Below, piece after piece: positions 11,570-25,150 of a stretch of DNA of 64,000 bases. Location: assembly GCF_004010195.1 (NCBI RefSeq), contig NC_057718.1, positions 13,557,549 through 13,621,548 of the forward strand. Direction: 5' to 3'. A program made the translations under genes and the position numbers. The DNA is from Chiloscyllium plagiosum. Taxonomy: Eukaryota. The notes below the pieces were generated by a model. The model had not been told where the DNA came from and searched no databases. It saw only the letters and a program-made list of their open reading frames with translations. Each line of letters opens with the position of its first letter. Position 1 is the first letter of the stretch.

Positions 11570-12160
11570 TGTGCATATGCTCTTCCTACCTGCAGAGTCT
11601 CCACGCTCTAAGTACAAGACCCTGCAGATTAATATATGTAGGTTCCAGAATGTGAAAGAGCACCAAACTGCAATCCTGACTGATAATCCAAAATTGGTTG
11701 TCATGGTAATTCTTCACACACTTGAGATTATTCAACGAATGCTATCCAATCACAGAGTCACATCTAACATTGGAAACTGCGTTCAGAGTTTGACAAGTAT
11801 GGACTGGCTATGTACTTTCAGTAACTTGGTTTTTGCTAACAGCCAAAATGATATGCCGTGCAGTCTACACAATGAGCATCACGCTGGAATTGGAACTCAA
11901 ATACCACATTAATCATTTGCCTGATATGTAGAACGTCTTGGATTGATGGCTGTATCTTGTTTGTGAATAACACCACTCATGTTGCTACTGCACAACTGCA
12001 GCATGAAACAACTAGTTTCACTTAGCGTTCAAATTTTTGAGATACCACCCCTTTGATAATCTGAGATATACAGAGTACTTTTCAGAACTGACATGGATTT
12101 GGGCAATACACTGCGAGTTTAATCATCGAATGAGGATAGACACTTGTAACAAATGGGTGA
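11570..12160 (-). mobile_element. Old Penelope GIY-YIG fragment
   Basis: Degenerate EKYSVYLRL..SQKFE..NVVFEFQFQRDA on the minus strand. Confidence 0.7.
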
Positions 12161-12539
12161 TACTTTGTAAAAAAAATTTGTTCATGGGTTGTGACACCAC
12201 TGGCTAGGCTAGCATTTACTGCCTGTATGTAATTGCCCCGACGGCATTTATGAGTCAACATTATGGAACTGGAATCACATATATGTCAGAGAAGCAAAGT
12301 ATAATAGATTTTTTTTAAAAAGGATATCAGTGAACCAAATGGGTATTTCCAACAATTGACAATGATTACATGATCGCTCATAGGAGTAGTTTCTTTTAAT
12401 ATTTCAAATTCAAATTTTACCATTGGCCATGGGGTGTTTCTAATCCATGTCCCAAGAATATTAGCCTGAGATTCTGAACTACATGTCTCGTGACAATACC
12501 ACAATGCCACCTCATCCTGTTATCTGGTACATGTGAATC

Positions 12540-13690
12540 TGCACTCGCCTGTAAGAAATGTCTTGCATGTCTTAATCGGTTCTACCCTGCATTCAAATAT
12601 ACTTTTTAAATGAGCAGTCAAATAAGTTCCCTTTCCTTGACATGCTTGTTGAGAAATCTGCCGGGGGGTTCTGTTGGATCATCTACTGCAAGTCTTCTTC
12701 AATGGTCCGTCTATACACAGATTCCTGCAGTTCCACACAATACTCATTTTGTAAGCTTACAGCTGAAATTGGGCGTATCCAAGCCATTCTGCAAAACAAT
12801 AGCCATCCTGATCAGAACAGTTGCTTGGAATCTACTGCAGGCACACTGGGACTGGCAGATTGTACTGAATAGCATATCACTTTGGATATTTACAACAAGG
12901 ACTCACCATACCACCCATTATAAATAGAGCCCAACATTAAGTTTCAATGATTCTAACAGGACTAGACAGAATAAATGCAGGACCGATGTGCCCAATGACT
13001 GGGGAGTCCAGAACCAGGAATGTGTCTCAGGATACAGGGTAGGCCATTTAGGACAGAGGTAAGGAGAAATTTCTTCACACAAGTAGTAGTAAATGAATTA
13101 AATACAGTTCTTACAGATAATGAGAACAAAAGGTATAATGAGCAGCCATGATCATATTGAATAGTAGAGCAAGCTTGAAGGGCTAAATAGCAGACTTCAC
13201 CTCCGAATTTCAATGTTTCTATGGTCGGAAAATATTTGCTAAATAATCCCAAGTATGCTAAAAATTACACTGACAAGCAATTTCAAGACTGTTTTTCAGA
13301 CTCATGATGTGGTGCACAAGTGCATTCTGGAAGCTATATATATTGTTTGTATGATTTTTTTTACTAACAGAAAGAACATGTACACAGATTATGTCTTTTC
13401 CAACTTAACAAAATAGATTAGGCGCTGGTTGATTCCTCAAGACAATCCCTTTACCAATCAGAGTCAACCTGCCTGGTTTAAATTTTAACAAAACTTGGTT
13501 TAAATGACAGTCATCATCTAACTGATGTATTCTCCAATATAGTGCCTCTCCCAAATAAAGCTGAACGATCAACGATCAGCACCCTCATCTCATATAGCAT
13601 AAAAATTGTATTTCTCTCTACATCGACAAATTTCCTGATGAGTGCAAGACTTAAAAGTCTTGACAAACTGTCTTCTTTCAGTAATATTCA
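12540..13690 (+). mobile_element. Old Penelope RT and 3' fragments, interrupted by a CR1 piece at ~12960-13220
   Basis: LNRFYPAFKYTF..EQSNKFPFLDMLVEK..EIGRIQAILQNNSHP; ctgatga motif at 13635. Confidence 0.72.
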
Positions 13691-13754
13691 TGTTCAAATC
13701 TATTGGGCAATGAAAGGGATGGGGAATGAAGGGATAAAAAAGAAAAACAAAATT

Positions 13755-13914
13755 CAGGGGAACCACGATTATCCAAAGGACAAGGACGGGAAGTATTTCG
13801 TTCGGTTAAATCAAATTCCGTATAACTGAATGCCGATTAACATAGTTTAGCCAAGCATTGGGACCTTGCGATCTTGCAGGACAATCCAATATTCGGATAA
13901 TTGAGGTTCCTCTG
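13755..13914. mobile_element. Tc1/mariner (Tigger-like) MITE
   Basis: Imperfect TIRs caggggaaccacgattatcc / ggataattgaggttcctctg, followed by TA. Confidence 0.7.
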
Positions 13915-14051
13915 TACTAAATAAAATGCTATATACCAAAATAGATAACATAATATTTTCCCACTTAAAAACGCTGATGAAAATTAATATTTTTGACATA
14001 TATGAGAAGTAGCCACATTAATATATATTTCCACATCCGAAGAACACTCAC

Positions 14052-14118
14052 TCTTCAGTACTGTCAGCAGTAAAATATTTACAGCTGCATTTTGTACAAA
14101 TTTTGCAATTCAAATGGC
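14052..14118 (-). pseudogene. Pseudo-exon AI*IAKFVQNAAVNILLLTVLK, 67 nt (phase 0 to 1)
   Basis: cttttcaacttctAG acceptor, GTgagt donor. In-frame TGA. Confidence 0.6.
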
Positions 14119-14301
14119 CTAGAAGTTGAAAAGGAGCCTCCGAGCAGATTTCCTGTATTATGTAATCTTATATATCTCAATTCTTTTAAAAAAAGATGAT
14201 TTGATAGTACAATACCTTGAATTAGCATAATCTCTAGTTAATGCAGGAAACAGCTAATAGGCCCATTACAATTTAGCCACTAACAAGTTAAATATAGAAA
14301 C

Positions 14302-14478
14302 CCAACAATTATATTCCTCAAAATGGAAAGCATTACAATAATCCTTTCCTGCTTCATTAATACTTTGTCTTCTCTTTAAGTCCCAATGAAGAGACTTCCT
14401 AACTGTTTGAAAAATAAATTGGTATCCAGCAACAAAACTGTAAACATAACATGGATGTGGAGTTGCTATCATTTCCTT
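14302..14478 (-). pseudogene. Pseudo-exon KEMIATPHPCYVYSFVAGYQFIFQTVRKSLHWDL...FEEYNCW
   Basis: catacAG acceptor, weak GTttct donor, 177 nt open. Resembles DNAH14 WPDCHILF..DPAYQ region (from memory). Phase mismatch with the upstream exon. Confidence 0.5.
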
Positions 14479-15360
14479 CTGTATGCACAGTTTAAAGGAA
14501 GGAGAGGATGTTCAATATTATTAAAATCAACTTGTGAATCTTAAATAGCACAGCCCAGTCCCAGAGGAAAATGCCGGATCTGAACATTGTGGAAGAAAAT
14601 CTATTAGAAGGCGAGGAAATTTGTCAGTTAGTTACGGGCGACATGACTGGCCATCTTTGCTCCTTCTTGTCATTCCACATTTGCATACCTATTGCAGCAA
14701 AAATCTCAAACAAATGCAGAAAGGGTCAAAGACCCTGGGAAATCTTCAGTGCAGTGCATGGTACAGGATGCTTGGTATTTCCATGAACACACAACATTCC
14801 ATCCCAACTCTCCTAATGTGATTCTGAGTGAAACAGTAGGAATAAGGAGACTGCCAAACATAATCTGACTGCTTCATCATCTTCACTCCTGTGCAGAGGC
14901 TCTGAGATCATCAGAACTTCACCATTCAAGTTTAACTTCCAAGTCCAGACTACTGAAAAAGCCCCTGATCAGCACAGAGCCTTCTCACCTCAGCAAGTAT
15001 GTTTGGAGGATAGCTAGAACCACACTTGAGTTAAGGCAGAAAAAGTGAAACCACCCCGAATTTCTGCTCTTGTTCACCAACTGTCACAGCCTGATGGAAA
15101 CACAACCAGGTGGATGGTAAATAAGAAATGAAAAGACTCTGACATGAATAAAGGACATAAAACAAAGAGGGTAGTGGTATCCAGAAGCTATCCATCAAGG
15201 CAGTAAAACATTCAGCACAGAGACAGACACAGAGACAGAGAGACCGACACAGAGAGAGACAAAAGAAAAAAAGAAAAATTGCAAAGAAAGCACATTATTT
15301 GAAGCCTTCAAAAACTTTAAGCCTGCTAATAGAGATTAATATCTTAAGGGGTAAACCAAC

Positions 15361-15521
15361 CTTCTGGTTTTGTGGGGCGTTTTGGGACAGACATCTCCAT
15401 CAGCTTCAATAACAGCTGCAGGCTCTTATCTGCTTTCAGCACAGGTAAATAGGCATGGGTAGTCAGCTTCTTTAAAGCATTCAGAAGGGGTTGCAAGAAA
15501 CAATCCAAGGCCTTCTGATCC
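15361..15521 (-). pseudogene. Exon DQKALDCFLQPLLNALKKLTTHAYLPVLKADKSLQLLLKLMEMSVPKRPTKPE
   Basis: Pyrimidine tract plus AG, GTtggt donor, 161 nt (phase 2 to 1), open frame. Confidence 0.65.
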
Positions 15522-16614
15522 CTTCCATTAAATAAAAGGAAAAACATAGGCCATCAATTTAGAAAATTCATGGAAATTATGGTTGCAGTAGTTTAAATAC
15601 CTTCAAAAAGTCAAAGATTTTACTCTAGCCTCTTATCCACGTTCTACATTAATTATGCAACACCAAATATTTGACAAATTAAATTTGGATAGCATTTATA
15701 CAACAAGTTACATAAGTAAAAATGCAAAGCAAAAAAACGTTCTATGTTGTGGCATTTTTTCATTTTTTTGACACAAATAGACATGTTTTATCTTCATAAT
15801 TCCAGAATACTGCACGCGAATAGCACTGCCAAACACTGGCCTCCACACTCACCAACAAGTTAATCTCGTATAATTAGATCGTGATAGGGATTAATTAATT
15901 TAGTCTACCATCCGTACCCCATTCACTACAACTTTTCTCAGACACAAATCTCCTAAATTATGCCCTAAAGCATGCCATCTTGCTGATATCGATGTATTCA
16001 TCATGAATAACATAACCCTTTACAGGGCGAGCGCCAAACAAGGGACACAACCTAAAAAAATTGAGTTAGATTCTTCAGAGGTGATGCATAAAGCACTTCA
16101 CATACAAATAGTAAAATAAATCTGGAACTCTCTTTCTAAAAACATGTTGAGTATAGGAATCAATTGGAAATTTCAAAACTTGAGACCAGGAAATTTGGTA
16201 AAGTTATTATGGGACATGGAGCCGAGATACATATTAGCAATGATCTAATTTATGAGTGGAAAAGGCTTGAGGAGTGAATTCCTCTTCCCATCATCAAGTT
16301 CCAAAGTAAAAAGTAATCAAGTACTTTTTCTTTTCTTTGAAGATTCTTCCCAAACTGGCAATTTTCTTCACCAACGTCTCCTTTGTTGCTCTCTCTGCAA
16401 TCTAAAAATTCATTTTTTAAAATTGTATTATGTATTATCCGATCTTAAACTACAGAAGGTTATGAAGCTTTGCATGGTCTTGCCTTGGAGTGGGCACAGT
16501 GGGACAGGTTGGGGAAGAAATGAAATACAACGGAGAGACAATCTAAGGAGTGGTATACAGATTGTTGGAATTTAAAGCAGTGGACTCTTTAAACTAACAC
16601 AATTAAAAAGTATC

Positions 16615-17790
16615 AGTCATAGAGGTGTACAGCACGGAAACAGACCCTTCTGTCCAACCAGTCTATGCCAACCAGATATCCCAACCCAATCTAGTCCCAC
16701 CTGCCAGCACCCAGCCCATATCCCTCCAAACCCTTCCTATTCATATACCCATCCAGCCTCCACCACTTTCTCTTGCAGCTCATTCCATACACATACCACC
16801 CAGAGTGAAAAAGGTGCCCCTTAGGTCTCTTTTCAATCTTTCCCCTCTCACCCTAAACCTATGCCCTCTAATTCTGGACTCCCCCACTCCAGGGAAAAGA
16901 CTTTGCCTATTTATCCTATTAATGCCCCTCATGATTTTATAAATGTCTATAAAGTCACCCCTCAGCCTGTGACACTCCAGGGAAAACAGCCATAGCCTAT
17001 TCAACCTCTCCCTACAACTCAGGTCCTCCAACCCTGGCAATATCTTTGTAAATCTTTTCTGAACCCTTTCAAGTTTCACAACATCTTTCCGATAGGGAGA
17101 CCAGAATTGCACACAATATTCCAACAGTGGCCTAACCAATGTCCTGTACAGCAGCAACATTACCTCCTTACTCCTGAACTCAATACCTGACCAATAAAGG
17201 AAAGCATACCAAACGCCTTCTTCACTATCCTATCTACCTGTGACTCCACTTTCAAGGAGCTATGAACCTGCACTCCAACGTCTCTTTGTTCAGCAACAAT
17301 CCCTAGGACCTTACCATTAAGTGTATAAGTCCTGCTTTCCCAAAATGTAGCACCTCACATTTATCTAAATTAAACCCCATCTGCCACTTCTCAGCCCATT
17401 GGCCCATCTGATCAAGATCCCGTTGTAATCTGAGGTAACCTTCTTCACTGTTCACTACATCTCCAATTTTGGTGTCATCTGCAAACTTACTATCTATACC
17501 TCTTAGGCTCACATCCAAATCATTTATGCTACCGCTCTGCCCTCATCAATCCTCTTTGTTACCTCTTCAAAAAACTCAATCAAGTTTGAGAGACCTGATT
17601 TCCCACGCATAAAGCCAGGCTGACTATCCCTAATCAGTCCTTGATTTTCCAAATACATGTACATCCTGTCCATCAGGACACCCACCACCGACGTCAGGCT
17701 CACTGGTCTATCTAGTTCCCTGGCTTGTCTTTACCACCCTTAAACACTGGCACCACGTTAGCCAACCTCCAGTCTTCCGGCCCCTCACCT
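16615..17790 (-). mobile_element. CR1 LINE 3' part
   Basis: KFADDTKIG, LVRPLLEYCVQFWSP, ESRIRGH; 3' UTR. Confidence 0.93.
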
Positions 17791-18112
17791 ATTATACACC
17801 TCTTTTCTGATACTCAAATCAGTTTGGTTTTCTCCCCCCAGTATGTTCAACAATGAAAACCCAAATCCAGAATGACAAAAATCCACAATTATGCCGCAGG
17901 TTCTCTTTCATTGCTCAATTTGACAGGAGAAAAAACCCAACACTGTAATGGTGTAGACTAATCACTGACTGAAATTAATTCTACCCTTTCACTCAAGTTC
18001 ATGAACAATGACCCACAAACAGACCAAAAAATACCAGCAAACATATGCAAACAGGTTGTTTACAATTTATGCTTTTGATTACTAAATACTCATTTAGAAT
18101 AACAGACTCTAC

Positions 18113-18212
18113 CCTGGAGTGTCGTACTGCCCTTCGACGTCAGCAGCAAGGAGAATCATCCGGGCAACAAGTTGGGCCTCAAACCAGTCTGGCATTAAAC
18201 TGGCGTTTTCTC
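18113..18212 (-). pseudogene. Exon (G)ENASLMPDWFEAQLVARMILLAADVEGQYDTP(G)
   Basis: ttcttcataactAG acceptor, GTagag donor, 100 nt (phase 1 to 2), fits both neighbours. Confidence 0.6.
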
Positions 18213-18880
18213 CTAGTTATGAAGAAAGCACAGTAAATGCATGTTAAACGTAATACATGTTGCATGAAACAGATCTGCAGCATTCAGGTTGGTTGGTCAA
18301 TAAGATTCTATTTTAGATAAAGCATCCAGGTGGCTCACAGACTCTTCCCTCGTCTAACAATGAGGTTTGCTGCCAATTTACCACTTTTTGGACAAGGGCT
18401 GGCGTGAGAGAAACGGCCAGACTAAATTAGGACAAGAAACATTCCATCTATGTCGTGTTGCAAACTCTACAGATTGCACCTTCTGCAAGATTTAAGCTGC
18501 ATATACTGACCATGTTTCCTCAAGTTAAAAGAGGGAAGCAAGGCTTACAATTTAAATCAATGCAGGGAGCCACTCAATACTTCAGCTTTGTTTGCTTTCA
18601 TGGAACAAACTAAATTGTGTAGGTGTAGAGATGAGGAAGTACTCAGCATCAGAACTAGCAGTTCACAATGTGACTGCTCACTTATCACATGAACAGCATT
18701 ACGTGCCCCATTGTTTATCACTCATTTCTCGGATTGACTGAAATAAAAGGCAAAACAAGTTGGAAGAAACTAAAATACTTAAAGCTATAATACTGCAAAT
18801 AGAGTCTTTTGATGAGCTTATGAATATAATCCTCTGCACTTCTGGAACCATACAACACCAAAGCAGCCACCTATTCTATT

Positions 18881-19065
18881 AAGATTAGAGTGGCGCTGGA
18901 AAAGCACAACAGGTCAGGCAGCATCGGAGGAGAAGGAAAATCGATGTTTCAGGCAAAACGTCGATTTTCCTGCTCCTCAGATGCTGCTTGACTTACTGTG
19001 CTTTTCCAGCACCACTCTAATCTTGACTAAAATCGCCAGCATCTGCAGTCCTCACTTTCTCCTAC
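18881..19065. repeat. Palindromic Penelope-derived short element
   Basis: aagattagagtggcgctggaaaagcac ... gtgcttttccagcaccactctaatctt inverted arms. Confidence 0.8.
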
Positions 19066-20574
19066 TTATTAAATTAAATCTATGCTGGATATTTGATAAA
19101 CCATTTCCAAATTAATTGCCTGTCTTGGTTTCTCTGCATGGCTTATATCATCATGCATTTCAAATATTTATGAAATATTCCCACAGAAGGCACAATAGTG
19201 TCAGCTTCTCCATGATTTAATATCCATAGGACAGCATGAAAAGTGAACATCACTTTCAATTTTGGCTGATACTCCCCTACTATCTCAGGTTATCATTAGT
19301 TCTCAGTCATGTATTAGGTTTTAATTTTCCATTCTTTCCTCTCTTCCCAAGTAAGAAATAGGTTTTGCAGTTTTTGGTGCCAACGTCTTCGCCCTCTTGA
19401 CTTCCTAATCTCAGGACTCTAGGACATCTATTGGTGCTGTCAAAAGTATCTCCATTTAGAAAAGCTTAATGAATTTGGTTGAGTGGGCAGTATCTCAATT
19501 ACTCCAAATATACTACCATATATTCAACAGATGAAATCTGTACAATGTTAACCTGTTGGATCAAAAAGCATGCGGTGAATTGAACTGAAGTTGCAGTTTC
19601 TGACCAGACATGATTTAGAATCAGCAATCCTACAGAAGTTGCTAATGGTTCATTGCATTCTTTAATATGCGGTGCAGTTCCAAGTCAGTGCAAAATTTAT
19701 TGAGTACCAGTCGGGAAACCTAGGTATCAGCAATATCTTATAACACTCCAATAACAAAATTCTGTAAATTTGTATTTCACTTTTTTAAAACATAGTACAC
19801 ATTGCATTTATTGAATATGTTGAAGAATTATTTGGAGGAATGGAGATATTGCCCACTTAACCAAATTCATTCAGCTTTGCATCTCAAAGATGACTAGATT
19901 AAGATAAAGAAAAAAGTCACAATGGTGTTCTTTTGAGACATTAACTCTGATCCAGTATTGAGGCTTTACACAGAATCTGACTCATGCTATATCTCCTCTG
20001 GGAATGCTTAACACTGACATTAAGTTCTCAAAATAGAAAAACGCTCTACTTTTCAATGTTACCATTCCTACAGAGTTGAGGAAGAGAAAAATCAGAACAC
20101 ACAAAACACTGCTGTCTAATGATGCACATGGCAAGTTTGGAAGGTTATAAATTATGTATAAGCAGAATCTCTTGTGTAATACAACTGGCTTTTGCTGAAA
20201 GAAATTTTCTTTAATACTTTATATGGCTTTGCAGTGTCTGGCCTCTGACTTTGCTCTATATCACAGATGACAATGAGGATGAGGTCAAAGTACAGAAATG
20301 TTTCTCGTCAGCATCCCCATCTCAGGAATGTTTTTTGGCTGATCAGCCCATACTTGCAAGTTTCAGAAAAGTATATCCACCATGAGATGCAATTCTGCTA
20401 TTGGAAATCATTTCTTTAATAATCCAGACTGTCCTAAGAGTTACACTGGAAGCCAATGTAAGATTACCAACAGGGCCCTCAGCAGAATTTGTATATACAT
20501 GACAGCTTTCTTTTACAAAAATTATAATGTTAACAGCCAATCTCTATGATATCCCCTTAGCAATTCAGAATTTA

Positions 20575-20780
20575 GGAGAAAGTGAGGACTCCAGATGTGG
20601 AGATCAGAGTCGGGAGTGTGATGCTAGAAAAGCACAACAGGTCAGGCAGAATCAGAGAAGCAGGATAATCAATGTTTCGGGCATAATGCCTGATGAAGGG
20701 CTTATGCCCGGAACATTGACTCTCCTGCTCCTCGATGCTGCCTCACCTGCTGCGCTTTTCCAGCACCACACTCTCAACTC
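20575..20780. repeat. Palindromic Penelope-derived short element with a hammerhead-like core
   Basis: Inverted arms around ctgatgaagggcttatgccc. Confidence 0.8.
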
Positions 20781-22696
20781 ACAATTTCAACCATAAGGAA
20801 TAGAAGCAGAATTAGACCATTGGATCTACTCCACCATTCAATCATGCCAGCTACATTCCTCAACTCCATTTCTCCTACCTGCTCCATGTAACACTTGATC
20901 CTCTTACTAGCTGAGAACCTCAACTACCTCTGTCTCAAATACTTGGCCTCCACAGTCTTCTGCAACAATGGGTTCCCCAGATTAACCACCCCCTCACTGA
21001 AAAAGATTCCTCCTCATCTCAGTTCTCAAGGATCGTGCCTTCACTCTGAGGCTATGCCCTTGGGTCCTGGTCTCTCCTACTAGTGGAAACATCTTTTCTA
21101 CATTGAGTCTATCCAGGCCTCTCAGTATTCTCTAAGTTTCAATCAGATGTCCTCTCATCCTTCTCAATGCCAATAAGTCCAGACTCAAATTTAAAAATTT
21201 TGTTTCAGAATTAAGATTGACAGCTAAACATCTTGACTGCATCTCCATTCCAATAATGGCCCAGCCAATCGCACACGCTCATTACACAATAATGTCTCTT
21301 TTTCTAAGTGTTTCTGGCATCATAGTTTTGATGAATATAAAATGAAAACTTCAACTTCTTCTCCCCTTTTAGCATTTTGTTTCATTTGTTCACTGTCTCT
21401 AACCATCACTAATTGTCCTGGAGAAGGTGATGAAGATCTTCTTTCTTGATCCACTGCATTTTGTTGGGTTGTATGAACATCTACAGTACTAGTAGGAAAT
21501 GAACTCCAAGGTTTTGACTCTGTAGTGAAATAATGGTGATACAATTCCAGATCAGGATAGTCTGAGGTTTGGAAGAGAACATTGCACATGATGTCTCTAC
21601 ACATCTGCTGCCCTTGTCCCTCCAAGCAGTAGAGGTCATATGCTCAGAAAGCACTGTGAAAGAGCCTTGGCAAGTTATTGCAGCGCATGTTGTAGACAAT
21701 ACATATGACTGTCACTGAGACAGTGGTGGAGGAAGTGAATGTTTAAACTGAATGGGGTGCCAATCAAGTGGGCAGTTTTGTCCTAGGTGGCATTGAGCTT
21801 AAGCATGCAATTGGGTTTGCTCTCATCCAAGCAAGTGGAGAGTTGTCATTACACTAATGGTTTGTGCCTTGTAGATAGTGACAGTCGCTGGGGAGACATG
21901 AGATGAATTACTTGCCACATAATTCTCAGTCTCCAAAGTGCTCTTTTTACATTTGTATAGCTTGTCCAGTTATCTTCTACAGGACTCAGGCACTGGTAAT
22001 GCCATGGAATGCTTAAATTCTCTTTCAAAGATTGTCAATGCCTGACACTTGTGACATGTAAACATTAGCAACATTTCTCAGCCTAAGCCTGAATGTCTTG
22101 ATCCATTAAGACACAGACTGCTTCAGTACCTGACAAATTATGAACGGTGCTGATGATTGCACACTCTGGCTTTTTACTGGAGGAAAGCTTATTGATTAGG
22201 CAGTTGAAGATGCTGGGGCCTTGGATATCACCTGATATCTTGCAGTGGTGCCCTCAGACTGAAATGACAGATCTTACAACTATTTCTCTTAGTGCCTCCA
22301 ACTCTCCAAGACTTTTGTTACCATCCTCAGTCAGATGTCAAGGCCAGCCATTCTTACTTCTAACTTCTTACACAAAAGGGGGCAGGAAGCAGAAGTGTGA
22401 AACATCTCCCACAAAAATCAGTCTGTCAATATGAATTCAATTTTAAATCTGAGACCAATAACTTTTTTTTGACTAGATAGAAGTATAAAAAGATTATGTA
22501 CCTAACATAGTTCTACTCTGTTAGGATACAGATCAACCGTAGTGTCATTCAATAGGGAAGGCGGCTCAAGGATCAAATGGTCTATTCTTCTTTCTACGGT
22601 CCATTCATAGGCAACCCTCTCAATTGGTGACTGATGTATAGTACAGAACTCAATACAAAATACAAATGACAAAACAACTCAAAGTAAGCCTTTTAC

Positions 22697-22835
22697 CTTC
22701 AGTCACTGGAACCTTCAGGTACTGTTCCACTAGATTCTGAACATAGAAACTTAAGGCAGATCTTTCAAGATGCAGTTCAGCAGCACCTTCTTCAGGCCTG
22801 AAATTTCTGTCATTATTATGTAACCATTCGCATAA
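22697..22835 (-). pseudogene. Exon LCEWLHNNDRNFRPEEGAAELHLERSALSFYVQNLVEQYLKVPVTE
   Basis: tttttatttcAG acceptor, GTaaaa donor, 139 nt (phase 0 to 1), open frame. Confidence 0.7.
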
Positions 22836-23559
22836 CTGAAATAAAAATCCACAAGAACCAAGAAATTAGGTTAAATTGTGACAAATGATTGTAATGTATC
22901 ATTAATAATACATTAAGAAATTACTTAGTCAAGTTCAAAGGTACATTTGAAACAGTCCGTTGTTTCCACCCAGAGTTAGTGAAGAACAAAACAGGTTTGG
23001 TTCCTTCTCGACTGGACCATAAAAGGTGTGGATGTCAGGTGATGCAGATCTGGGCTGCACAACCCAGAATGCATGAGGTTGTGCTGCGCATCTTTTAGGT
23101 TCAGCCAAGAACAACAGTGCTGGAATGTTCTGAGCGACTATCATTCCTCGTTAACTAACAGGAAAGGTGGTGAGATAAACAGCAGAAAATTGCGAGAAGA
23201 AAATGCTAACCCAAGGTCTGAGCTCCTAGTTATACTGTCAAATGAAAATGAATAGTTTCAAACCTCACCACATTACAGGCTATCTGACAACCTTTTGCTT
23301 AAATCAGTTAAATTAGCTTGTATTACTTGGCAACCTCTCTGCATCCTTCTCAGGATCCTTTCTCATCTGTGCATTATCAGAAAACTTAGAAACATGACAC
23401 TCAGTCCCTTCATCCAAGTCTTTAACATAGACTATAAAATTTAAAACTCAAACACTGTCACTTATGTCTCTGTAGATATTGCCATCCCAAAAAATGTCTT
23501 CCTCATCCCTTCTCTATATTCTGTACATTAACCAATTTCAAATCCATGTTAATATTCAC

Positions 23560-24129
23560 GAGTTTGAAGAAGATTTGTAGCTCAGGTTGAGGTTCTGGAT
23601 GTAGGTTTGCTTGCTGAGCTGGAAGGTTCGTTTTCAGATGTTTCGTCACCATACTCGGTAATATCATCAGTGAGCCTCTGGTGACGCTCTGGTGTTATGG
23701 CCTGCTTCCTATTTGTGTGTTTAGGTTTCCTTAGGTTGGTGATGTCATTTTCTGTGATGTCATTTCCTGTTCTTTTTCTCAAATGGTGATAGATGGGATG
23801 CAAATCAATGTGGTTTGTTGATAGAGTTCCAGTTGGAATACCATGCTTCTAGGAATTCTTGTGCATGTCCCTGTTTGGCTTGTCCTTGGATGGATGTGTT
23901 GTCCCAGTCAAAGTGGGTATCCTTCCTCATCTGTATGTAAGGATACTAGTGACAGTGGGTCATGTCTTTTTGTGGCTAGTTGATGTTCATTTCTCCTGGT
24001 GACTAGTTTTCTGCCTGCCAGAAAGCGGGCTGTAACACCGGCGCTTTACCAGAGGCTCACTGATGATGTTACCTAGTGTGGTTATGAAGCATTTGAAAAT
24101 GAACCTTACAGCTCAGCGAGCAAACTGAC
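23560..24129 (-). mobile_element. Penelope 3' fragment with an inverted arm
   Basis: Minus-strand GIY-YIG C-terminal sequence; atccatgttaatat duplicated at 23542-23555 and 24130-24143. Confidence 0.82.
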
Positions 24130-24964
24130 ATCCATGTTAATATATTCACCCGAAATCAGAAACCCTAATCTTGAGCAACAATCTTTCGTCACTTTATTTA
24201 CTGCCTTCCAAAAATCCAAAATATGCTGCATTCTCAGATTACCTCATTTCTACCTTGCTAGTGATATCCTCAAAAAAAGTGAAGAAATTTGTCAAAACAT
24301 CACGTCCCCTTGACAATACTGTGTTGATCCTGCATAATCAGAGTGATTTTTTAACTAACATGTTACCAGTTCTTTAACAGGTTTAAAAATTTTCCAAACC
24401 ACTGATGTCAGGAAAAATTGTCTATACTCTGCTTGGTCCAAAGAAAAGTCCTTTTGTTTCAGCTAGTAGTTGTAGACATTATGCCTTCCTCATTAGAAGA
24501 TCATAGGCTCAAATCCTATTCCAGAGTCTTAAACACAATCTCATACAGACTACACCCACATTAGAGGAATTCTACATTGTTGGATAAATAGCTCCTGGTA
24601 TGAAACATCAAACCAAGACCTTGCTTAGCCTCAAGCAGCAATGCACTTTACAGAATAATAGGAATACAGCAACTGCTTAAATGAAAAAAAAGTCCAATTC
24701 ATCTGGTTCACATTCCACTGTCATTGTCGTTAAATGAGAAAATAACATTGGATTATTGACTAATTTTAATCAATTAATCTACAACTTGTATAAACATGGC
24801 AGGTTTTCGACAGTAAAAACATACTAAGACTCTTCACAGGAGCACATTCACATGACTGGTGAGAGCGGGTCAAAGAAATTCCCCAATAATATTTGATCAA
24901 AAATGTAAAATTTTTAGTGCCATTTCTTAAATTTTAAAATTTCAAAAGAAGCCAATATTATTAA

Positions 24965-25150
24965 ACACAACTGAGCAAGTACTGCAATGTCAGAGATAAC
25001 ATCTTTCCAATGAGGCATTAAACCAAAGTCCTGGCTGTTCTCCCAGTCAGATGCAAAATATCTGATGGCATTTTTTGAGTAGGACCAGAGGAGTTATTAC
25101 TTATGTCCTAGCCAATGTTTATTTCTCAATGCACATCACAGAAATCAATT
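24965..25150 (+). mobile_element. DeuSINE-like Deu-domain remnant; related pieces at ~6055-6320 and ~24470-24625
   Basis: Degenerate match to Deu-domain consensus (tgag.cattaaacc, ggagtt..gtcctagccaat) recalled from memory. Confidence 0.55.
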
